Source: Myxococcota bacterium (GTDB lineage Bacteria; Myxococcota_A; UBA9042; PHBI01; JAWLBL01). From it: a stretch of DNA of 64,000 nt. The position numbers and the translations under genes were made by a program. The stretch is taken from contig JAWLBL010000031.1 in NCBI GenBank assembly GCA_041687695.1, positions 39,540 through 103,539 on the forward strand. The letters are read 5' to 3'. The notes beneath the pieces were generated by a model, which had not been told where the DNA came from, searched no databases, and saw only the letters and a program-made list of their open reading frames with translations. Shown here one piece after another: positions 1 through 7,811 of the stretch (position 1 is its first letter; each line of letters starts with the position of its first letter).

Positions 1-888
1 GGTGGGCGGCGGGACGACGCGCAGGTTGACCGCCTCTTCGCTGGTGCAGGCGGCGGTCTCGGGGTTGCCCACGGTCACGCCGGGGAAGCCGACCGGGACG
101 GAGTCCTGGGCGAAGGTGACCGTGGCGGTGCGGCACAGCTGGGCGTCGACGCCTTTGTGGGCGACGGGCGTGCAGTCGGTGAAGGCGTCGGCGGCGAACG
201 CGGTCTGGACGCCGTCGATGGCGAAGCGGGCCTCGGCGCCGTTCAAGGTCAGGAAGGACTGGCCGCTGAAGGTGACGGTGCGGGGTCCCTCGGCGAGGCA
301 GACGAGGCCGGGCGCGGGGGGCGTGTCGAGGGTGGGCTTGTCGACGACGGCCAGGGCGCCGACCGAGGTGGCGTGGTTGGTGTTGGGGTTGGTGACGCGC
401 ACGTCGTAGACGCCGGCGGGCAGCGGGCCTTCGGTGGCGTCGGGCAGGGTGACGGCCTGGTCGACGGTCAGGGTCATCTGCGTCTGGCTCTGCCAGGACA
501 GCAGGGCGGCGTTGGTCGCGTCGGGCAGGCCGCTGTAGACGACCTCGGCCGCGTCGCCGGGGGCGCCGTCGAGGGTGAGGCCGCGGACCAGGGTGACCGT
601 GGGCAGGGCGGCGCGGGGGTCGTCCGGGATGTCGATGGGCACCGGCGAGAAGTCGGTGCCGGTGATGACCACGTCGGTGGTGAGCTGGTGGCGGCAGATG
701 AGGCCGGGGTCGATCGGCAGCGCGGTCCCGGCCGGGGGGATGGCCTCGGGGGTCTCGACCGCCGGGGTGGGCCCGGTGACCTCGTCGCTGCAGCCCAGCG
801 GGCCGGCGGCCAGCAGCGCCGCGCTCGCCATCGTCCGCGCCAGCCGCCACGCCGGCCGGCGCACTCCGTCGTTCACACGCTTGCCCAT
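1..888 (-). CDS. Lipoprotein with IPT/TIG-like Ig repeats (3' end runs off the window)
   Basis: Absent from the ORF track because it has no stop in the window. Read manually from ATG 888: MGKRVNDG..ALLAAGPLGCSDEVTGPTP (lipobox-like), then Ig-like motifs LPAGVYDVRVTNP and GVTVGNPETAAC; open to position 1. Confidence 0.75.
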   Translation of the reverse strand, partial: MGKRVNDGVRRPAWRLARTMASAALLAAGPLGCSDEVTGPTPAVETPEAIPPAGTALPIDPGLICRHQLTTDVVITGTDFSPVPIDIPDDPRAALPTVTLVRGLTLDGAPGDAAEVVYSGLPDATNAALLSWQSQTQMTLTVDQAVTLPDATEGPLPAGVYDVRVTNPNTNHATSVGALAVVDKPTLDTPPAPGLVCLAEGPRTVTFSGQSFLTLNGAEARFAIDGVQTAFAADAFTDCTPVAHKGVDAQLCRTATVTFAQDSVPVGFPGVTVGNPETAACTSEEAVNLRVVPPPT

Positions 889-1198
889 GGAATCGCCCTC
901 GGCGCGTCGGAGAACTGAGACCGGCCTGGTTCGGGGTTGCCTCGGGCCGGCAAGGGCAAGCTATCGGCCGGCGGCGGGGCGGGGCAATGGCCGCCGAGCA
1001 CAATGCGTTGACCTCTGGAATACACCGGAGGTCCGGAGTAGCGCGAATCGACTGACCTGGCGGGCACGGCGGCGGCACCGCAACGCAACCGTCGAATACG
1101 GCCGGCGCCGCGGAGCGACTCGGGGCGGGAGCGGTCCGTCGCCGCGGCGTCGGGCGCGAGGAGCGCGGCCGAGCGGCGACGACGGGCCGGGTGGAGCG

Positions 1199-2017
1199 TC
1201 AGCCGAGGAGCTTCTGGGCGGCCTGCTCGAGGTTGCTGGTGGGGTAGAGGAGGTCGACGCCGCAGGGGAGGTCGGCGAGGCGGTCGAGGGCGGCCGTGAC
1301 GAAGGGGCCGGGGATGATGGAGCCGTGCTGGGGGACCAGGGCGGTGATGGGGAAGGGGCGGACCTTGTCGATGAAGCCGCGCAGGGCCCGGTTGGAGGCC
1401 ATGTAGAAGACGTGGAAGGGCACCATGGCCTTCCAGTGGGCCTCGAAGTCGTCGATGACCAGGCGCCAGTCCTTCTCGATGGCGGCGCAGACGTCGCCGG
1501 TGAGGAGGAAGCCCGAGCGGCTGTCGAAGGTGACCATCGCCTCGGGGAAGTGCAGGAAGGGCGCGGTGAGGAAGCCGATGGAGCCGCCGGCGACGTCGAG
1601 GTAGCTGGTGTCGTTGGGCGAGACGTCGAGCCAGCTCACGTCGGGCGAGAAGCCGTAGTAGGGCAGCAGGACGCGGGCGCGCGGGGTGGTGACCAGGGTC
1701 ACGTCCGGGTTGATGGCGATCCAGTCGGGCAGCGAGTCGCAGAGGTCGGGGTCCTGGTGGTGCAGGACGATGTGGGTCACCGACTCGGGCGGGATGATGG
1801 CGGCGACGCGCTCGCGGACCTGGGCGAAGTGGTGAAAGGACGAGCCCGGGTCGAAGAGCAGGCGGAGGTCGCCGTTGACGATGAGGTAGGCGTTGCAGCG
1901 AAAGGGGCTGTCCTCCTGGCTGCCGACCCAGTACACGGCGTGCTCGCCGTCGTCGTACAGGGTCACCGGCCGGGTGAAGTCGACCTCGCCGCCCATCAGC
2001 GCGGGGATGCGGTTCAT
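1199..2017 (-). CDS. Metallo-beta-lactamase-fold di-iron protein, ODP/FprA-like (no flavodoxin domain)
   Basis: Motifs CNAYLI, FDPG, HHQDPD, APFLHFP, TGD, PQHG; 272 aa from ATG 2017 (the ORF-track start overlaps the upstream gene). Confidence 0.85.
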   Translation of the reverse strand: MNRIPALMGGEVDFTRPVTLYDDGEHAVYWVGSQEDSPFRCNAYLIVNGDLRLLFDPGSSFHHFAQVRERVAAIIPPESVTHIVLHHQDPDLCDSLPDWIAINPDVTLVTTPRARVLLPYYGFSPDVSWLDVSPNDTSYLDVAGGSIGFLTAPFLHFPEAMVTFDSRSGFLLTGDVCAAIEKDWRLVIDDFEAHWKAMVPFHVFYMASNRALRGFIDKVRPFPITALVPQHGSIIPGPFVTAALDRLADLPCGVDLLYPTSNLEQAAQKLLG

Positions 2018-2031
2018 GGTCGCCCTCCCCC

Positions 2032-2391
2032 TCAGGCCCGGCCGAGGCCGCGCAGGTAGTCGCGCATGCGGAAGCGCAGGTAGCCGATGTTGCCGCTCGA
2101 GCCCAGCAGGACCGCCACGAAGCGCTGGGCGCCGTGGTCGACCTTGATGAGCAGGTACACGCGGCTGGCCGTGATGAGCACCTCGTCGTTGGAGCCCAGA
2201 TCGATGGCGCCGCCCATCGCGCGGTACAGGGCGTCGTAGCTGCGGATCACCTGCAGGAAGGGCTCGCGGCCCTCGGCCAGATCCAGGTCGCCCGCCGAGT
2301 GGGTCGAAAACCCCGCGCCGTCCAGGCTCCCCGCCGCCGCGGCCAGATAGCCGGGGATCTCTTCCTCGATGGTACGAAAGAGCTGTTCCAT
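2032..2391 (-). CDS. Roadblock/LC7-like protein
   Basis: 119 aa; IPGYLAAAAGSLDG, DEVLIT..YLLIK, FVAVLL..GNIG.LR pattern; GGAGGA RBS upstream of ATG 2391. Confidence 0.75.
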   Translation of the reverse strand: MEQLFRTIEEEIPGYLAAAAGSLDGAGFSTHSAGDLDLAEGREPFLQVIRSYDALYRAMGGAIDLGSNDEVLITASRVYLLIKVDHGAQRFVAVLLGSSGNIGYLRFRMRDYLRGLGRA

Positions 2392-2706
2392 GTGACTCCG
2401 TGTCCTCCTCGGGGGCGCCACCGCGGCGCCCATCGCCCCAGGGGCTCTGCAATGGACATGCCGTACCGCCGGCGGCCGCGCAGCGGGGGGGTCGGCCAGC
2501 AGCCCCGCCGCGCGCTCGGGCTCCTCGTGCGTCACGGCGGGCGGGTCGGGTGTGGGACATGGCACTCGTGACTTGTGTCACACTCCACTATCCCGCGCGC
2601 GGCGATGGCCCCGAGGGGCGGCCGGAGCGCGCGGTGGCGCGGGCGAGGCGCTTGGCCCGCTTGTTGCTTCGTGCCCCTGCCGAGAGGCCACCGACGGGGG
2701 GTGACG

Positions 2707-4386
2707 GTGCTGGATTGGCTGTTTCGAAGCGCGAGTGACCGGACGGAGTCGGCGGCCGCCAGTGTGGACGAGGCGCCGGCGGCGGCCGTCCCCGCGGGCT
2801 CGAGCGTCGCGGCGCCGGACGTGGGGGCCGTGCTGTCGGAGCGCTATCGCCTGGACGGGCTGCTGGGGCGCGGCGGCGCGGCCTCGGTGTACCGGGGCTG
2901 GGATCTGCTGCTGGAGCAGGCGGTGGCGGTCAAGGTCCTGCGGCCCGACGCCGCCAGCCTCTCGACCAGCGGGTTCAACGATCTGCGGCGCGAGGCGGTG
3001 GCCGCGATGCAGCTCAGCCACCCGCTCATCGCGCGCGTGTTCAACTACGAGCGCCATGACGGCCTCGAGTTCCTGGTGATGGAGCTGGTGCCGGGCAAGA
3101 ACCTGCACGACCTGCGCCGCGAGCGCGCCGAGCGCCGCCTGTCGGTCGACGAGACGGTGCGCATCGCGCGCGACATGCTCGAGGCGCTGGCCTACGCGCA
3201 CGACGCCGGGGTGGTCCACAACGACATCAAGCCGCGCAACGTGCTGATGGACCCGCGCGGGGCCCTCAAGGTCTGCGACTTCGGGCTGGCCGAGCTGGTG
3301 TCGCGCAAGGACCGGCCGAGCGACCGCATCACCGGCACGCCCGGTTACCTGAGCCCCGAGCGCATCCTGACCAAGCCCTCGGACGGGCGCAGCGACCTGT
3401 ACTCGCTGGGGGCGACCCTGTACGAGCTGGCGGCCGGGCGGCCGCCCTTCGGCAAGGCGCCCGACGAGGCGCTGCGGGGCCACCTGCTGGAGCCGGTGCC
3501 GGCCAGCCCGCACCTGCCGCTGGCGCTCGACCGGGTGCTGCGGCGGGCCATGGCCAAGAACCCCGACGAGCGCTTCCAGAGCGCGCGGCAGATGGCCGAG
3601 GCGCTGGACGCGCTGGACCGGGGGCGGGCGCTGGCGCGGGCCGCGGGCCCTGCGTCACCGTCGCGGGTGGAGGCCGAGCCGGTCGCGCAGTCGGAGGAGA
3701 GGCCCGAGGTGACGGCCGCGGAGCCCGAGCGGGCGCAGGCCCCCGAGGCGCAGGCCCCCGAGGCGCCGCCCGGCATGGCCGAGGTCGACGTCGGCAAGGT
3801 GCGCTTCGACGAGCGCGAGTACGAGGTGGCGCCGTTCCACCTGGACCGCCTGCCGGTCACCAACGACGACTACGCCGCCTATGTGAAGGCGACCGGCGCC
3901 ATGGCGCCCGCCTGGTGGCCCGGCAGCCGCCCGCCCAAGGACAAGGGCCGCCATCCGGTGGTGGGGGTCACCCTCGAGGACGCCGAGCGCTACGCGGCCT
4001 GGCGCGGCAAGCGGCTGCCGACGACGCTCGAGTGGGCGGCGGCGGCGCGCGGGGCCGAGGGGCGGCGCTATCCGTGGGGCGAGACCTGCGACCAGAGCGC
4101 GTGCAACTGCCCGCTGAAGGCGAACGACACGGCGCCGGTCGACGCGCACCCCGGCAGCGGGACGCCCGAAGGGGTGCTCGATCTGTTCGGCAACGTCTGG
4201 GAGTGGACCGACGTGGACGAGCGGGTCGCGCCGGCCGAGGAGGGCTACCGCTACGTGCTGGGGGCCTCGTACCAGCACCGGTGCAGCGCCCCGAACGGCG
4301 CCCTGCCCCGCACCCTGGTCAGCCGCCACGGCGAGTACCGCTACCTGGGCTTTCGCTGCGCCTGGGACCGGAGGATGGGACGATGA
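2707..4386 (+). CDS. Ser/Thr protein kinase fused to an FGE-sulfatase (SUMF1) domain
   Basis: Kinase motifs LGRGG, VAVK, HNDIKPRN, DFG, GTPGYLSPE, DLYSLG; FGE motifs RLPT..EW..AARG, GNVWEW, GFRC. Start GTG 2701 or 2707 is uncertain. Confidence 0.92.
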   Translation: MLDWLFRSASDRTESAAASVDEAPAAAVPAGSSVAAPDVGAVLSERYRLDGLLGRGGAASVYRGWDLLLEQAVAVKVLRPDAASLSTSGFNDLRREAVAAMQLSHPLIARVFNYERHDGLEFLVMELVPGKNLHDLRRERAERRLSVDETVRIARDMLEALAYAHDAGVVHNDIKPRNVLMDPRGALKVCDFGLAELVSRKDRPSDRITGTPGYLSPERILTKPSDGRSDLYSLGATLYELAAGRPPFGKAPDEALRGHLLEPVPASPHLPLALDRVLRRAMAKNPDERFQSARQMAEALDALDRGRALARAAGPASPSRVEAEPVAQSEERPEVTAAEPERAQAPEAQAPEAPPGMAEVDVGKVRFDEREYEVAPFHLDRLPVTNDDYAAYVKATGAMAPAWWPGSRPPKDKGRHPVVGVTLEDAERYAAWRGKRLPTTLEWAAAARGAEGRRYPWGETCDQSACNCPLKANDTAPVDAHPGSGTPEGVLDLFGNVWEWTDVDERVAPAEEGYRYVLGASYQHRCSAPNGALPRTLVSRHGEYRYLGFRCAWDRRMGR

Positions 4387-5231
4387 GGTTGGACCTCGAC
4401 GGGTTGGATGGGGTGTTCCGGGCGCCGAGCGCCGGGGCGGCCCGGGAGCGGGCGCCGGAGATCGCCGCGGCGGCGGAGCCGGCGGTGGTCGGGGCGGTGG
4501 TGTCCAGGCTGCCGCGGGCGGACCTGGGGTCGGAGCCGATGCTGCGGAGCGTCGCGGCGCCGGCGCGGGCGAGGCGCGGCCGGGCGCCGGCCTGGGCGGC
4601 GGCGGCGCTGGCGCTGGCCGTGGGGGCGGGCGCGCTGTGGTGGGCGCGGGGCGCGGCCGAGGTCGACAGGCCGGCGCAGCAGGCGGAGGTCACGGCGGCG
4701 GCGCCGGCCCAGCCTGCGACCGGCGAGGTGCGGACCGCGGAGCCGGCCGTCGTTCCGGCCAACGACGAGCCACGGGCTGGGTCGGGTGACTCGCCGGCCA
4801 TGGCGACGCGGGTCGAGGCGCCGGCGCCGGCGCCGGCGGTCGCGGTCGCGCCGGAGGAGGCGGTGCAGGTCCCCGAGGAGCGCGAGCCGGCGGCGCCGCC
4901 CGCTCCGAGGCGAGCGATCGTGGCGTTCGCCTTCGAGGGGGCGGAGGCCGCGGCGGACGACATCGCGCGGGCGCTGGCCGTGGCCGCCGGCTGCGACGGG
5001 GTGACCGAGGTCCGGGGCCACACCTGCGCCATCGGCGCCGAGGAGGCCAACCGGCACCTCGGGCTGCTGCGCGCGCGGGCGGTGCGCGACCAGCTGGTGG
5101 CGCGCGGGGTGGCGCCGGAGCGGCTGCGGGTGCGGTCGGCGGGCGCGAGCGCCCCGGTCGCCTCGAACGCCACCGAAGCGGGCCGGCAGCGAAACCGCCG
5201 GGCCGAGGTGCGGTGCCTGCAAGGGCCGTGA
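4383..5231 (+). CDS. Membrane-anchored OmpA/MotB C-terminal domain protein
   Basis: ATGA overlap with the kinase stop; one TM segment, Ala/Pro linker, GHTC..G..EAN..L..RA..V and NRRAEV motifs. Confidence 0.88.
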   Translation: MRLDLDGLDGVFRAPSAGAARERAPEIAAAAEPAVVGAVVSRLPRADLGSEPMLRSVAAPARARRGRAPAWAAAALALAVGAGALWWARGAAEVDRPAQQAEVTAAAPAQPATGEVRTAEPAVVPANDEPRAGSGDSPAMATRVEAPAPAPAVAVAPEEAVQVPEEREPAAPPAPRRAIVAFAFEGAEAAADDIARALAVAAGCDGVTEVRGHTCAIGAEEANRHLGLLRARAVRDQLVARGVAPERLRVRSAGASAPVASNATEAGRQRNRRAEVRCLQGP

Positions 5232-5268
5232 GTGAGTGAGTCGAGTGAGTGAGTGAGTGAGTGAGTGA
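5228..5268 (+). repeat. (GTGA)n microsatellite, 10 units with one GTCGA interruption
   Basis: Sequence reads (GTGA)3 GTCGA (GTGA)6, starting at the OmpA-gene stop codon. Confidence 0.95.
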
Positions 5269-5303
5269 CGGGCGCGAGCCCAACCATCGCAGGAGAGTGA
5301 GAC

Positions 5304-5687
5304 GTGGCACTTCCGAGAGCCGAGAGAAACCAGCGCATCGAGCGAAACCTGGCCGACCTGACCGCGCTGCGCGGCGTGACCACCGCGGCCATCGTGGACG
5401 GCGACGGGTTCGTGACGCACATCCGGCGCGACTTCGAGGTGGACACCGACGCCCTGGGCGCGGCGGTGCAGATCATGTTCAGCTCGGCGCAGCGGGCGGC
5501 CGAGCAGGTGGGCCAGGAGTCGTCGCGCCTGGTCGTGTCCGAGAACAAGGACGGGCTCATCCTGCTGGCGCCGCTGACCCGCGGGTTCGTGCTGGTGCTG
5601 GTCGCCGACGCCTCGGCCATGCTGGGGACGGTGCGGTTCGAGATGAAGGAGACCGTGCCCGAGCTCAACGAGCTGTTCGGAGGTTGA
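5304..5687 (+). CDS. Roadblock/LC7 (MglB-like) protein
   Basis: LRGVTTAAIVDGDG, LGAA, LVLVAD...LG.VR pattern; AGGAG RBS before the GTG start. Confidence 0.88.
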   Translation: MALPRAERNQRIERNLADLTALRGVTTAAIVDGDGFVTHIRRDFEVDTDALGAAVQIMFSSAQRAAEQVGQESSRLVVSENKDGLILLAPLTRGFVLVLVADASAMLGTVRFEMKETVPELNELFGG

Positions 5688-5688
5688 C

Positions 5689-6123
5689 GTGCACTGGCTG
5701 GCCGGAGAGTTCGAGGCGGTGGCCGCGCGGGCCGAGGCGCTCGCCGCGCTGCGGCGGCGGCGGGCGGCGGGCGAGGACGTGCCGCGGCGCGAGGAGGCGA
5801 GGGCGCGGGCCGCCTTCCGCGACCGCCTGGGCGAGCTGGTCGAGGCGGTGAGCCGGCGGCCCGGCGTGCTGGGCTGCGTGGCCGCGCACGAGGGGCTGCT
5901 GGTCGCCGCCGCGGGCGACGCGCCGGACTTCGAGGCGGTCGCCGCCGTGGCCCAGTCGGCGGTGCTGTCGGGGCACGACGCGGCGGACAAGCTGCGGCTG
6001 GGCGACCTGCGGCAGGTCCTGGTGGTGGGCGAGCGCGGCAAGCTGGCCGTGCTGCGCGTCGGCGACATGACCGTGGGTGTGCTGGCCCCCGAGGAGGTGA
6101 GCCTGGCGGCGGCGCTGGGCTGA
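5689..6123 (+). CDS. Roadblock/LC7 protein with N-terminal helical extension
   Basis: PGVLGCVAAHEGLLVA, EAVAAVA, LGDLRQVLVVGERGKL pattern; starts 1 nt after the previous stop. Confidence 0.8.
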   Translation: MHWLAGEFEAVAARAEALAALRRRRAAGEDVPRREEARARAAFRDRLGELVEAVSRRPGVLGCVAAHEGLLVAAAGDAPDFEAVAAVAQSAVLSGHDAADKLRLGDLRQVLVVGERGKLAVLRVGDMTVGVLAPEEVSLAAALG

Positions 6124-6155
6124 GCGGCGGGCGGCCCTGGCGCGCTGGCCGTGGC

Positions 6156-6749
6156 TCAGGGGGCGGAGCGCGCGGGGGCGGGGGACGTGCGGGGGGACCG
6201 CGTCTCGTAGTCGGCGACGAAGGCGGGCGCGGCGCCGGGGTCGGCGAAGGCGGCGGCGAGCCAGGCGACCTTTTCGAGGTCGCGCTCGCGCAGGGCGACG
6301 CGGTCCACCGGGTCGTGGGTGCGGAAGACGTGGTCCCACAGGGGCGTGGTGACGCCGTGGTTGCGGTTGGGGCGCACGAAGTGGTGATACAGGTGGTTGC
6401 GGGCCGCCCAGCGGCCGTAGCGGGTGCGGGGGCCGCGGACGTGGATCGCCTGGTGCAGCAGCTCGTAGGTCGTCCAGCCGGCGGCGACGGCGAGGGTGAA
6501 GCCGACGGCGAAGGGCGCGCCGACGAGCCAGCCGGTGATCGCGCCGAGGACCCCGAGGACGGGCACGGCGCCGAGGAGCTTGAGCGGCAGCGGCGAGAAG
6601 TACAGCACGTCCTTGTGGTGGGCGAGGTGCTCGCGGGAGACGCGCGACTTGCCCTTGGGGAGGTGCCCGAGCGGATAGTGGATGACGTACTCGAGGAGCG
6701 TCCAGCCGACCACCCCGCTCGCGAGCCCTATGAGCGCCTGCTGCCACAT
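6156..6749 (-). CDS. Fatty acid hydroxylase / sterol desaturase family protein
   Basis: His boxes HYPLGH, HLAHH, HQAIH, HLYHH plus NHGVTTPLWDHVF; TM segments. Confidence 0.88.
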   Translation of the reverse strand: MWQQALIGLASGVVGWTLLEYVIHYPLGHLPKGKSRVSREHLAHHKDVLYFSPLPLKLLGAVPVLGVLGAITGWLVGAPFAVGFTLAVAAGWTTYELLHQAIHVRGPRTRYGRWAARNHLYHHFVRPNRNHGVTTPLWDHVFRTHDPVDRVALRERDLEKVAWLAAAFADPGAAPAFVADYETRSPRTSPAPARSAP

Positions 6750-6888
6750 GGTGTTCCCCCGTCCCTGTGTCCCGAGGGGCAGGTTAGCAGATGGCGCGGC
6801 GAGGTACAGGGGCGCCGGAGCGATGTACGTGGCGGGCGCGCGGCGCGGCGCGGCCCTGCCCGGAGCGGAGGCCGCGGCGTCGGGTCGG

Positions 6889-7383
6889 TCAGAAGCGGTA
6901 CAAGACGTCCAAGGCGCCCTCGATGGCCGTGGAGTCGTGGTCTCCCAGGAGCCGGATGTAGTCGACCTCGAGGCCGAGGCCCCAGTGGTCGCTCGCCCAC
7001 ACGCGGCTGCCGAGGTCGGCGAGGACGCCCAGCGAGGTGTGCTCGGACACGGAGACCACACCGCCGGCGCCGACGAAGAGGTCGACCGGGCCCCAGCGCG
7101 CCAGGGGGAGCTTGAGGACGAGCTCGCCGTTGCCGGCGTCGTGACCACCGTGGCGCACCCACGCGCCGACGAGCTCCAGCTCGAGGTGGTGGTCGAGGAA
7201 CGCGCGCTCGGCGGTCAGCCCGAGCCCCATCACGCCGTCGGCGTGGTGGTCCTCGAAGGCGGTGCCCCCGAGAACGCGCAGGCCTAGCGTGTTCCTGGGA
7301 GAGTGCTCCTCGGCGAGCGCGGGCGGGGCGGAGACGGCGAGGAGCGCGAGGATCGGGAGGGAGAGGCGGAGATGGCGGCGCAT
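6889..7383 (-). CDS. Small outer-membrane beta-barrel protein
   Basis: Signal peptide ending ALA, alternating amphipathic strands, C-terminal YRF. Confidence 0.75.
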   Translation of the reverse strand: MRRHLRLSLPILALLAVSAPPALAEEHSPRNTLGLRVLGGTAFEDHHADGVMGLGLTAERAFLDHHLELELVGAWVRHGGHDAGNGELVLKLPLARWGPVDLFVGAGGVVSVSEHTSLGVLADLGSRVWASDHWGLGLEVDYIRLLGDHDSTAIEGALDVLYRF

Positions 7384-7811
7384 GGTCGGACCTCGGCGGC
7401 AACATCCGAAGGGGGCGTCGACGGCCTGGGCGGCGTCGACCGCGTCTCGGAGATGCATTCGTCGTGCCAGATCCGGGACCCGCGCCGGTGGGGCTCGGAC
7501 GCGGCTCGTCCGGCGCCGGCCGGGCGATGGCGTCGCGCGAACGTCGCGACATCGAGACGTGACTCGGGTCACTGCGCGAACCCATTGGCCCCATCGCCTG
7601 AGTGATCGGGCCGCGCGCCGGGTTGGATGTCGACCCGCGCGGCCGTTCGAGGGCGCAATCGTCCGGCCCAGGTTCAGCCGGACGCTTCACCTGGGCCGCT
7701 CGTGCGCGCTACACTCGGGCTGCACGTGTGGATGCCCCCTCTCCCGAGCCCGCAGCGCGCCCGCTCCCCCGGCCGGCCGCGACCCTGGCTCTCTCGCCGT
7801 CCGGACGCCGC

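Noticed and set aside
3760..4386. Diversity-generating retroelement target (FGE/C-type lectin fold)
   Set aside because: No reverse transcriptase and no template repeat of the 3' end seen in the window.
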